Source: Rickettsiales bacterium (lineage in GTDB: Bacteria; Pseudomonadota; Alphaproteobacteria; Methylaequorales; Methylaequoraceae). From it: a stretch of DNA of 48,626 nt. The position numbers and the translations under genes were made by a program. Location: assembly GCA_028407765.1 (NCBI GenBank), contig JAOOJU010000003.1, forward strand, positions 1 through 48,626. Reading direction: 5' to 3'. Shown here in pieces: positions 9,929 to 18,049 of the stretch. The notes under the pieces were generated by a model that saw nothing but the letters and a program-made list of their open reading frames with translations, did no database searches and had not been told where the DNA came from. Position 1 is the stretch's first letter, and every line of letters begins with the position of its first letter.

Positions 9929-11200
9929 ATGATAAGAATTTTTAAGACTTTTGTTCTAATACTACTTTTTATCATTCCTATTGTATGGCTTTCTAATTAT
10001 CCGGGAGAAGTGAAAATTCTTTGGGGGGATTATTTTATAGAAACCAGTTTCACTTTATATATTTCAATTCTTATATTTATGTCATTTTTATTGAGTTTTA
10101 TATATTTACTATTTAAAAAAATTATTAGTTTTCCAGAAAATTATAAACTTAAAAAAAATACTCAAAGATTAGAAATTATTAAAAATTCATTAAATGAGAT
10201 TACTAAATCTATAAATTCTGGAAATAAAAAGAAAATTGATTTAAATGCAAGAAGAATTAAGAAGCAAATAGGCAGCAATTTTTTTTCAACTTATATTTTA
10301 TCACAGAATGCAATATTAAATAGTGACTTTGTAAAAGCAAAGAAATACATGAAGTTATTATTAAACGAAGAAGAAGGAAAATTCATAGGCTTAAAGGGTC
10401 TTTCATTAATTGCATTGAAAGAGAACTCTTTGAAAGAGGCACAATATTATTTGGAAGAAAGTCTTAAAATTGAACCTGATAATTTATGGTCTTTAGATAA
10501 ACTTTCTAATCTTTTAGCACAATCTGAAAAATGGGAGAAAGCTGCAAAATTATTAGAAAGTGTAAAGAGCAATAATAATGAAAAGGTCATTGAAAATAGA
10601 GCAAATTTTCTAATGCAATCTGGTGCTTCTCCTTTAGAAGTATGGAAACTTTCCAAAAATATTATACCGATTGTCATTAAAATTATCAGACATTATATAA
10701 ATGAGGATAAAGAAAAAAAAGCATATGAGGTCTTGGAACAAACATGGGAAAAATTACAATATGTCGGTTTGGTCAAAGAATTTATTTATACCAAGAAGCC
10801 AAATACTAAAATCTCTTTAAGAAGGTTTAAATTAGTTCTAAAAGCATTAAAGCCAAGTTTAGAATCAAATGAAACTAAACTAGGTTTAGCCATTGCAGCA
10901 TTCCATGCGTCATTGTGGGGAGAAGCAAAAAAATATTTAGAGAAAATTAAACAAGAAGATTGGGATAGTAGGATAATTGATTTATGGAAAAAGCTGGAAA
11001 ATAGTAGTGACAGGCTAGAAATACCTGATATGCCAGAAATAATAAAAACTGAACCGCAATGGATTTGTAAAAACTGCGATAAACTTACTGAATCTTGGTG
11101 TATAAAGTGTAAAAATTGTGGTGAAATAGGCCAAGTAATCTGGTCAAGAAGTAAATTGGAAAAGACAAAGAAAAAATTTCTTGAAAACTTATTTGATTAA
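9929..11200 (+). CDS. HemY-like TPR membrane protein (COG3898 type)
   Basis: Two N-terminal TMs with WL...PG.V.I.W..Y.IETS, TPR-like helices, C-terminal WICKNC...W...CKNCG metal-binding motif. Confidence 0.85.
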   Translation: MIRIFKTFVLILLFIIPIVWLSNYPGEVKILWGDYFIETSFTLYISILIFMSFLLSFIYLLFKKIISFPENYKLKKNTQRLEIIKNSLNEITKSINSGNKKKIDLNARRIKKQIGSNFFSTYILSQNAILNSDFVKAKKYMKLLLNEEEGKFIGLKGLSLIALKENSLKEAQYYLEESLKIEPDNLWSLDKLSNLLAQSEKWEKAAKLLESVKSNNNEKVIENRANFLMQSGASPLEVWKLSKNIIPIVIKIIRHYINEDKEKKAYEVLEQTWEKLQYVGLVKEFIYTKKPNTKISLRRFKLVLKALKPSLESNETKLGLAIAAFHASLWGEAKKYLEKIKQEDWDSRIIDLWKKLENSSDRLEIPDMPEIIKTEPQWICKNCDKLTESWCIKCKNCGEIGQVIWSRSKLEKTKKKFLENLFD

Positions 11201-11787
11201 TCACAAACTTTCCAAAGGTGGAGTGCAAGAATAGATAAATAAGGTGAAAATATTTTTTTATAATTAATAGAAACTTTCTCCTTTTCATTAATTATTTTAA
11301 TCATCTTTTTAATTACAAAGTCTTTTTCTGGCCAAATATTATAATTTGTTAAATAGAATATTTCTATCATGTCTAAAGTCCATGCTCCAATTCCTCGATA
11401 TGAAAGTAGTTTTTTTTTTAGATTTTGACTATTTAGAGTTGACATTTTAACTTCATTTATTTTTTTTTGAGAAATGGCTAAGTCAAATTCCTTTATATAG
11501 CTTAATTTCTGTCTGGAGATACCAATATCACTTAATTTATTTTTTTTTAATAATTCACTTAGACTTAGATTTTCTAATTTACCTATTTTTATAACATTTT
11601 TCCAAATACTAATTGCTGCTTTATTTGAGATTTGCTGGGATATTATTGTTTTACAAACAAATGAAAGTAAGTCTAAATTAGTTTTTTTCTGAATAATTAT
11701 TCCATTTACGATAATTAAATCTTTTAAGAACGGAAAAGGACTAGCTTTTTTTATCAATAGAGAATGTATTTTTTTAAAATCTTTCAA
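11197..11787 (-). CDS. DNA-3-methyladenine glycosylase (AlkA/HhH-GPD family)
   Basis: IISQQIS..AA, GIS.QK..Y, RGIGAWT, WP..D, PY.S..ALHLW. Confidence 0.9.
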   Translation of the reverse strand: MKDFKKIHSLLIKKASPFPFLKDLIIVNGIIIQKKTNLDLLSFVCKTIISQQISNKAAISIWKNVIKIGKLENLSLSELLKKNKLSDIGISRQKLSYIKEFDLAISQKKINEVKMSTLNSQNLKKKLLSYRGIGAWTLDMIEIFYLTNYNIWPEKDFVIKKMIKIINEKEKVSINYKKIFSPYLSILALHLWKVCD

Positions 11788-11793
11788 CTTACC

Positions 11794-12102
11794 CTATAAT
11801 TTCATTATATCACTTGGATCTGACTGTTTCTTTTTATTCTTCTTTCCTTTTTTAATAAGATAAAGATTTCTTGCATAGATAAGGAAACCACATGATTGAC
11901 CTACAATAAAAACAGGATCCTCTTTATGAATGGCATAACTTAAAAGAACAAAACTTCCTAATATACTAATCCACCAGAATATATTAGGTATTATGCTCTT
12001 GGATGCCCTTTCACTGACTATCCATTGAATTAGAAAACGCGAGGCAAAGATAGTTTGACCAATGAAACCAATTATAATCCACATTTGACTAGTGAAAACC
12101 AT
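11794..12102 (-). CDS. Lipid A biosynthesis N-terminal (LAB_N) domain membrane protein
   Basis: GFIGQ.IF.SRFLIQW..SE...S.IP..FW..S..G...L.YA....DPVFI.GQ......Y.RNL signature. Confidence 0.92.
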   Translation of the reverse strand: MVFTSQMWIIIGFIGQTIFASRFLIQWIVSERASKSIIPNIFWWISILGSFVLLSYAIHKEDPVFIVGQSCGFLIYARNLYLIKKGKKNKKKQSDPSDIMKL

Positions 12103-12105
12103 ATA

Positions 12106-12801
12106 TTACTCCTTTTTTTTATTAATTAGTAAACGTACTTTTATTAAATCAGTAATACCAACCCAAAAACGATTATTAAAATTATATTTAGAAACCCCTA
12201 CCAACCTGGGTCTATCAGAAACTGGAATATTAATAATTCTTGATTTTTTCATTTTAAAAAGAGCAGGAAGAAATCTGTGCATATTATCGATGTAAGGAAG
12301 TTCTAAAAATTTTTTCTTCCTAAATACTTTTAATGCACATGCTGTATCAAAGCAGTCATCGTTTAATATATGTTTCCTGACTTTATTCGCAATTTTTGAG
12401 GAAATTCTTTTGATCAAAGTATCCTTTCTATTTACTCGATGTCCACATATCAATATGCATTCTTGATTATTTTTATGCCAGCATTCTAATAGTTTTCTTA
12501 TTTCTGAGGGAGGATTTTGACCGTCTCCGTCCATTACAGCTATAACATCATTTTTTGAATATTTTACACCTGTCTGCATTGCTCTGCATTTTCCTAGATT
12601 TTCCTTGTGATTTATAACTTTAACATTCTTGTTAACGATTTTTTCTTTGAAAGTATCCCTAAATTCATCTGTGCTTCCGTCATTGACTATAATAACCTCT
12701 GGTTTTTCTATTTCAAACTCGGATATAATTTCATCAATTAATGAGAAAATTGCTTCAACTTCATTGTAAATAGGGATAATTATAGTAAATTTTAAATTCA
12801 T
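12106..12801 (-). CDS. GT2 polyprenyl-phosphate glycosyltransferase (DPM1/ArnC/RgtE-like)
   Basis: IIPIYNE, VNDGSTD, MDGDGQNPP, DTACALKVF, MHRFLP, SKY. Confidence 0.9.
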   Translation of the reverse strand: MNLKFTIIIPIYNEVEAIFSLIDEIISEFEIEKPEVIIVNDGSTDEFRDTFKEKIVNKNVKVINHKENLGKCRAMQTGVKYSKNDVIAVMDGDGQNPPSEIRKLLECWHKNNQECILICGHRVNRKDTLIKRISSKIANKVRKHILNDDCFDTACALKVFRKKKFLELPYIDNMHRFLPALFKMKKSRIINIPVSDRPRLVGVSKYNFNNRFWVGITDLIKVRLLINKKKE

Positions 12802-12842
12802 AGGATGCTATATATACCTAAATAATAAAGAAGGTTCAAATT

Positions 12843-14492
12843 GTGAGTAGAATTAAATCCCAAAATAAAAAAATATATTTTTTTATTTTCTTCGCATTAA
12901 TTATTTTTTTGCAGGGTATTTTTTTAATTCCTCCATTGGATAGAGATGAATCAAGATTCGCCTCAGCATCAAAGAATATGATTGAAACTAATGACTATAT
13001 TGATATTAGATTGGAAAACGAATCAAGATATAAAAAGCCAGTGGGAATTTATTGGGCTCAGTCACTCACCACAATTTTACTAGGAAAACCACCATATGAT
13101 AAAATATGGACTTATAGAATACCTTCTTTATTTGGGATTTTATTAAGTATAATCTTAATTTTTTTATCTATTAAGAAAATTTTCAATCAGGACATTGCGC
13201 TTCTAACTTCTTTCTTTCTCTCAACGTCCTTACTTTTAATAAGTGAAATTAATCAAGCAAAATCAGATGGATTATTATTCTTATTTATAAATATATGTAA
13301 TCTGATAATTTTAAAAAATATCTCAAGATATGAAAATAATAAATTTTATGATCAGTCTAATTTAGATAATCTTATTTTTTGGTGTTCACTTGGGCTTGGC
13401 ACTCTCATTAAGGGTCCAATAATCATAATATTTGTCGGTGTTCCCTTACTCTCGTTTTGTCTAATTAAAAAAGACTTTTATTTTGTCAAATCACTTCATT
13501 CATTTTCTGGCTATTTAGTATATTCTTTAATTGTTTTTCCATGGTTTATATTAATCACTATCAAATCTGGAAGTTCTTTTTGGCATGAATCGGTGATTAA
13601 TGATCTCCTAAATAAGGTAAAATCAGGACAGGAGTCTCATGGTTTTTTCCCAGGTTATTATACTCTACTTTTATTTTTATTTTTTTGGCCTGGATGTACT
13701 TTCTTAACAACTACAATTAAATCAATTTTTTTAAATTTTAGTAATGACTATAAAGGAAATTTGAAGCTTTTATATTTAATATGTTCTTTTTTACCATGTT
13801 TTTTGCTATATGAATTAATTCCAACGAAGTTGCCGCACTATGTTTTACCCGCATATCCAGCTTTAAGCATTTTAACTAGTATTTTTATTATTGACGCTAT
13901 TAGAGAAAATAAGGACTTTCTTTATTCGAAAGTTAACACTTTTTGTTTATTGTTATACCCAATAGCTTTTATATCTTTACTATTAATTGCGATTATCCAA
14001 TATTCAAAATTTGAATTTTCAACAATGATTATTTCCTTATACCTAATGGCAATTACTTTGTTTATTGCATATCAGTTTTTCTTGAAAAAAAATATTAAGA
14101 AATTCTTTATTTCGTGCTTTGTTTTTCAGATTTCAGTATATCTCTGCCTTGTTCATTATATGACACCTAAACTTGAAACATTTTGGATTGCAAAAAAAAT
14201 AAATAATATTATCGAAATAAACTCCGAAGAACTTGAAAATATTTATCATTATGGTTTTAATGAACCTAGTCTTGTTTTTATGATAGGACATAAATCCCAG
14301 AGGCTAATACCAGAGGTTATGTTAAAAAAAATAAGGAATTTTGAGGAGGGTTTGTTTGTTTTAACTGAGAAAGAGGCGAGTATTTTTGACGATCTTTTGC
14401 AGAATGATCAGCAACTTAAATTATTAAATTCATTTGAGGGGTTTAACTACTCTAAAGGAAAGAAAATAAAATTTTATATTTTTAAGAATTAA
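12843..14492 (+). CDS. ArnT/GT39-type lipid A or LPS glycosyltransferase (Rgt-like)
   Basis: PPLDRDESRF, RYKKPVGIYWAQ, YRIPS, LIKGP, GQESHG, PTKLPHYVLPAYP, EPSLVF, GFNYSKG; multi-TM; GTG start. Confidence 0.9.
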   Translation: MSRIKSQNKKIYFFIFFALIIFLQGIFLIPPLDRDESRFASASKNMIETNDYIDIRLENESRYKKPVGIYWAQSLTTILLGKPPYDKIWTYRIPSLFGILLSIILIFLSIKKIFNQDIALLTSFFLSTSLLLISEINQAKSDGLLFLFINICNLIILKNISRYENNKFYDQSNLDNLIFWCSLGLGTLIKGPIIIIFVGVPLLSFCLIKKDFYFVKSLHSFSGYLVYSLIVFPWFILITIKSGSSFWHESVINDLLNKVKSGQESHGFFPGYYTLLLFLFFWPGCTFLTTTIKSIFLNFSNDYKGNLKLLYLICSFLPCFLLYELIPTKLPHYVLPAYPALSILTSIFIIDAIRENKDFLYSKVNTFCLLLYPIAFISLLLIAIIQYSKFEFSTMIISLYLMAITLFIAYQFFLKKNIKKFFISCFVFQISVYLCLVHYMTPKLETFWIAKKINNIIEINSEELENIYHYGFNEPSLVFMIGHKSQRLIPEVMLKKIRNFEEGLFVLTEKEASIFDDLLQNDQQLKLLNSFEGFNYSKGKKIKFYIFKN

Positions 14493-15271
14493 TGAAACAT
14501 TTAGAACAAAAATTTGAATTACTATTATCTGTTAAATTATTCATTTTGATTGTTATTTTCACGTTATTATTTTTCCATTTTATTGATTTACCGCTTTATG
14601 AATACTCAAGATCTTTAAATGAAGTATTTTTTTTTTTTTTTCAGGAAATTATTGACCCTTTTTCAGATATCGTTGATCCAGGCAATGTAATAGTAATTTG
14701 TATTTTTTTATGGTTGATGATAAATCAAACTAGAAAAATTTTAAATGAGCCAAAAAAAATTAGAATCCTAACGGAGAAACTTGGTTTTAAAAAAGAGTGT
14801 ATTGTTGAGTCAATGAGATATTATTTATTGATAATTAAACATATAATTTCATCGATTCTGATAACTGGAACTATCCTTCATATTTTGAAGTATATATTGG
14901 GCGTGGCAAGGCCTAAGTATTTCTTTTTAAAAGGATACGAAAGACAAGATTTCTTTAATTTTGAGCATAAAGTTAATTCATTGCCGTCGGGTCATACTCA
15001 AGCTGCATTTACAATAGCTATACTTTTTATATTATATTTTAACAGGTATAACTTAATTATTTTGACCATTGCTTGTTTATTGGGTTTGGCAAGAATTTTT
15101 ATGAGTGCACATTTTCCAAGTGATATAATTCTAGGAGCATACATTGGATCTTTTTTTCCAATTATTATATACAAACTTTATTTCCTTGATAAATTTAAAG
15201 ATTTAGATGGTGAAAAAATTTTTGATTTTAGGAATTTTTTAAAAATGTTATATTTAAAGATTTTAGTATGA
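14492..15271 (+). CDS. PAP2 phosphatase, probable lipid A 1-phosphatase (LpxE-like)
   Basis: All three PAP2 motifs: KYILGVARP, SLPSGH, ARIFMSAHFPSD; coupled to the ArnT-like gene (TAATG). Confidence 0.85.
   Translation: MKHLEQKFELLLSVKLFILIVIFTLLFFHFIDLPLYEYSRSLNEVFFFFFQEIIDPFSDIVDPGNVIVICIFLWLMINQTRKILNEPKKIRILTEKLGFKKECIVESMRYYLLIIKHIISSILITGTILHILKYILGVARPKYFFLKGYERQDFFNFEHKVNSLPSGHTQAAFTIAILFILYFNRYNLIILTIACLLGLARIFMSAHFPSDIILGAYIGSFFPIIIYKLYFLDKFKDLDGEKIFDFRNFLKMLYLKILV
14627..14641 (+). repeat. T15 homopolymer inside the PAP2 gene, in frame (FFFFF)
   Basis: gaagta-T15-cagg read directly; longest homopolymer I found in the window. Confidence 0.9.
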
Positions 15272-15600
15272 AAACGAAATATTTCTTTTGCCTTTTGTTT
15301 CTAAGTTTCTTTCCACTAAAAGACTCTCTATCGGCTAATTGGTGTAAAGCAATATACCCATTTAGTAAAGAAGCTTTTGATGGTGATTTTAATAAACAAT
15401 TATCACTATGTAAAAACAATGATAATTTATTTTTATCTATCCATTCAAGATATGATAATGCATTGCATTTACTTCACACAAGTATTGCTAGTTTTTGTGA
15501 CTTGTCAAAGCAAGTTATTAAATCAGAAGTGAAGAAGAATGATTCTTCTTTCTACTCTTCTGTATGTGTATTTAGAAGACATAAATTAAGAGAAGAGTAA
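15268..15600 (+). CDS. Hypothetical small secreted protein with four Cys in the mature region
   Basis: Signal-peptide-like N-terminus ending SLSA; start overlaps PAP2 stop (ATGA). Confidence 0.7.
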   Translation: MKTKYFFCLLFLSFFPLKDSLSANWCKAIYPFSKEAFDGDFNKQLSLCKNNDNLFLSIHSRYDNALHLLHTSIASFCDLSKQVIKSEVKKNDSSFYSSVCVFRRHKLREE

Positions 15601-15644
15601 ATTTATTAAAGCTAAACTATTTCATAATATGTCGTTTATGATTT

Positions 15645-15809
15645 ATGCTTAGTTTAATATCGAATATAAGACTCAATAGAATCAAAGAAGATAGACTTGT
15701 TGGATTTAAAAAAGAAATTAATAATTATACAACTTCAGAATTAGTCGGGCAAACTGACGATGGTTTGAACAATTTTACTTCAGAGGTTTGGTTAGCCCTA
15801 TATAGATAA
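15645..15809 (+). CDS. Putative 54-aa small protein
   Basis: Hand translation MLSLISNIRLNRIKEDRLVGFKKEINNYTTSELVGQTDDGLNNFTSEVWLALYR; stop abuts the terminator hairpin; no SD. Confidence 0.5.
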   Translation: MLSLISNIRLNRIKEDRLVGFKKEINNYTTSELVGQTDDGLNNFTSEVWLALYR

Positions 15810-15842
15810 CAATAAAACCCTGTTTAAATCAGGGTTTTATTG
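15810..15842. terminator. Bidirectional intrinsic terminator
   Basis: Perfect 13-bp inverted repeat CAATAAAACCCTG-tttaaat-CAGGGTTTTATTG; GC core with U-rich tails in both directions, between two convergent small ORFs. Confidence 0.88.
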
Positions 15843-15849
15843 GAGGAAA

Positions 15850-15924
15850 TTAAAATAGACTAGAGATTAATAAGAAAAAGAATATTGAACTAAGGCTAAT
15901 TGCACAAATTCTAGTTAAATACAT
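15850..15924 (-). CDS. Putative 24-aa hydrophobic single-TM peptide
   Basis: MYLTRICAISLSSIFFFLLISSLF; GGAG 6 nt upstream of ATG; own promoter upstream and terminator downstream. Confidence 0.62.
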   Translation of the reverse strand: MYLTRICAISLSSIFFFLLISSLF

Positions 15925-15942
15925 ACTAATCTCCAATTATAC

Positions 15943-15971
15943 AATATATAGATTATAAATATTCAAGTCAA
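15943..15971 (-). promoter_or_regulatory. Sigma70-type promoter for the small-peptide transcript
   Basis: Minus strand TTGACT (15971-15966), N17, TATATT (15948-15943); each box 5/6 consensus. AT-rich background lowers specificity. Confidence 0.6.
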
Positions 15972-16031
15972 TCAATATATAGTTTTTTTTTTCTTTAATT
16001 TACAAATAATTTTCCTATTATCATATGGATT

Positions 16032-17306
16032 ATGAAAAAAAAAATGAAAATTGCCGTAGTTGGTAGTGGGATAAGCGGACTATCTTCTGCATGGTTGATA
16101 TCAAAAAAATATGACGTTTGTTTGTTTGAAAAGAATGATTATTTGGGTGGACATTCAAATACTCAAACAATAATAACTAATTGTGAAAAAAAAAAAATAA
16201 ATGTAGATACCGGTTTTATAGTTTTTAATGAACAAAATTACCCTAATCTTAAGGAGTTTTTTAAACTTTTAGAAGTTGATACATATGAGAGTAATATGTC
16301 TTTTTCAGTTTCTATGTTTAATAAAAAATTTGAATATGGAGGCGAAAATATAAACTCACTTTTTGCCCAAAGGAAGAATATTATTAGTTTAAACTTTTGG
16401 ATTATGATATTTGATCTGGTAAGGTTTTACAATAATGCATCTATCGATATGTTTAAGTTTCAAAACATATCTGTTGGAGAATATTTATCAAAAAAGAAAT
16501 ATAGTAAAACTTTTATTTATAAGCATTTATATCCAATGGCTGCAAGTATATGGTCATCAAATGTCAATGAAATTGAGAATTTTCCATTTCCATTTTTTAT
16601 AAGATTTTTCAAAAATCATGGTCTCTTAAGTTTAAGAGAAAGGCCTAAGTGGAGGACAGTAAAAAATGGTAGTAAGTCATATGTTAAAAAAATACTCGAA
16701 AAATCTAAAATTAAAATACATAAATCTGAAGCCGTGATAAATATTTCAAGAGCCAATAGAAGAGTTCATTTACAAACTAATAAAAATAAATACATTTTTG
16801 ATCATGTCGTACTAGCATCTCATCCAGATGAATCACTCAAACTGTTAAACGATCCGAGTAAAGATGAACAAACATCATTATCAAAAATAAAATACCAAAA
16901 AAATACTGTGTATTTACATAGTGATAATAAATTTATGCCAAAAAACAGAAAAGTCTGGTCAAGTTGGAATTATATTGATTTTAATGAAAAACCTAATCAA
17001 GATCTCTGTGTGACATATTGGATGAATAATTTACAAAACTTAAATACAGGGGATGAAATTTTTGTATCCCTTAATCTACCAGAATTACCGGATAAAAATA
17101 AGATCTTTAAAACAATTCATTACTCACATCCATTATATTTATGCGACACTATCTCTGGGCAAAAAGGACTATCAAAAATACAAGGCCATAATAATACTTG
17201 GTATTGTGGAGCATATTGTGGAATGGGTTTTCATGAAGATGGAATAAAATCTGGCTTGACTATTGCCGAAAAAATAACAGATACCAAACGACCATGGATA
17301 AAATAA
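16032..17306 (+). CDS. FAD-dependent oxidoreductase COG2907 (UfaD-like fatty-acid desaturase)
   Basis: IAVVGSGISGL, LGGHSNT, VDTGFIVFN...YPNL, FFKNHGLL, W.SWNY, TYWMN.LQ, GFHEDG. Confidence 0.9.
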   Translation: MKKKMKIAVVGSGISGLSSAWLISKKYDVCLFEKNDYLGGHSNTQTIITNCEKKKINVDTGFIVFNEQNYPNLKEFFKLLEVDTYESNMSFSVSMFNKKFEYGGENINSLFAQRKNIISLNFWIMIFDLVRFYNNASIDMFKFQNISVGEYLSKKKYSKTFIYKHLYPMAASIWSSNVNEIENFPFPFFIRFFKNHGLLSLRERPKWRTVKNGSKSYVKKILEKSKIKIHKSEAVINISRANRRVHLQTNKNKYIFDHVVLASHPDESLKLLNDPSKDEQTSLSKIKYQKNTVYLHSDNKFMPKNRKVWSSWNYIDFNEKPNQDLCVTYWMNNLQNLNTGDEIFVSLNLPELPDKNKIFKTIHYSHPLYLCDTISGQKGLSKIQGHNNTWYCGAYCGMGFHEDGIKSGLTIAEKITDTKRPWIK

Positions 17307-18049
17307 GTTTTGTTGAAGATAGTATTTATCGAGGTAAGGTTTTTCATAAACGCTTTATTCCTTTTGAGCATAGTTTTTCTTACAATCTATCCTATCTCTG
17401 GATAGACGTTCAAGTTAAGGAATATAGGTTTCTTAAATATAATAAAGTTTCTTTAATTAGTTTTTTTGATTGTGATCACGGTGAAGTTGGAAGAGATAAA
17501 GGAGAATCTCTGTTTTCGTATCTAAAGAAGGAATTGAGGAAAAAAAAAATTTATAATACTTTTTTCATTAAAGTCCTATGCTTACCACGAATTTTGAATT
17601 ACCAATTTAATCCGATTTCCGTTTTTGTATGTTTTTCCAAAAATAAACAACCTGTAGCAATAATTTACCAGGTATCTAATACCTTTGGAGAAAGGCATGC
17701 CTATATAAGAAAGTTACCCAGCAAAAATTTCAAGAGTTTAAAAAAATTCCATGTTTCGCCATTCTTCGGAGTAAGAGGTCACTATAAGATAAGTTTTGAG
17801 ATTTCAGAAGAAATGTTAAGATTAATGATTAATTACGGTATTAGAGAAAAAAAACTTCTTACTGCCAGTTTCAATGGAGAGGCCAAAACTATTAATGAAC
17901 TTAATTTATTAAAACTAATCTTTGTTAATTGCCTTCAAAATTTTAAAGTGACATTAGGAATTTATTATGAAGCATTGAAATTATGGTTCAAAGGTGCAAC
18001 TTATAATAAGAAACCAGGCAAACCAGAAAATTTTTCCACGAAAATATGA
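17294..18049 (+). CDS. DUF1365 family protein (UfaO-like)
   Basis: G.V.H.RF.P..H.F.Y, LPR...Y.FNP.S, VSNTFGERHAY, KKFHVSPFF, IYYEALKLWFKG. Confidence 0.92.
   Translation: MDKISFVEDSIYRGKVFHKRFIPFEHSFSYNLSYLWIDVQVKEYRFLKYNKVSLISFFDCDHGEVGRDKGESLFSYLKKELRKKKIYNTFFIKVLCLPRILNYQFNPISVFVCFSKNKQPVAIIYQVSNTFGERHAYIRKLPSKNFKSLKKFHVSPFFGVRGHYKISFEISEEMLRLMINYGIREKKLLTASFNGEAKTINELNLLKLIFVNCLQNFKVTLGIYYEALKLWFKGATYNKKPGKPENFSTKI

Noticed and set aside
15723-15944. 10-nt direct repeat AATTATACAA in the 54-aa ORF and next to the peptide promoter, as an antisense seed
   Set aside because: Short, AT-rich and expected by chance; the second copy lies mostly upstream of the predicted transcription start.
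16186-16197. A12 run in the COG2907 gene, and A12 at 23002-23013, as phase-variation sites
   Set aside because: Runs of 9-12 A/T encoding Lys or Phe are common throughout this AT-rich window, so they are not distinctive.
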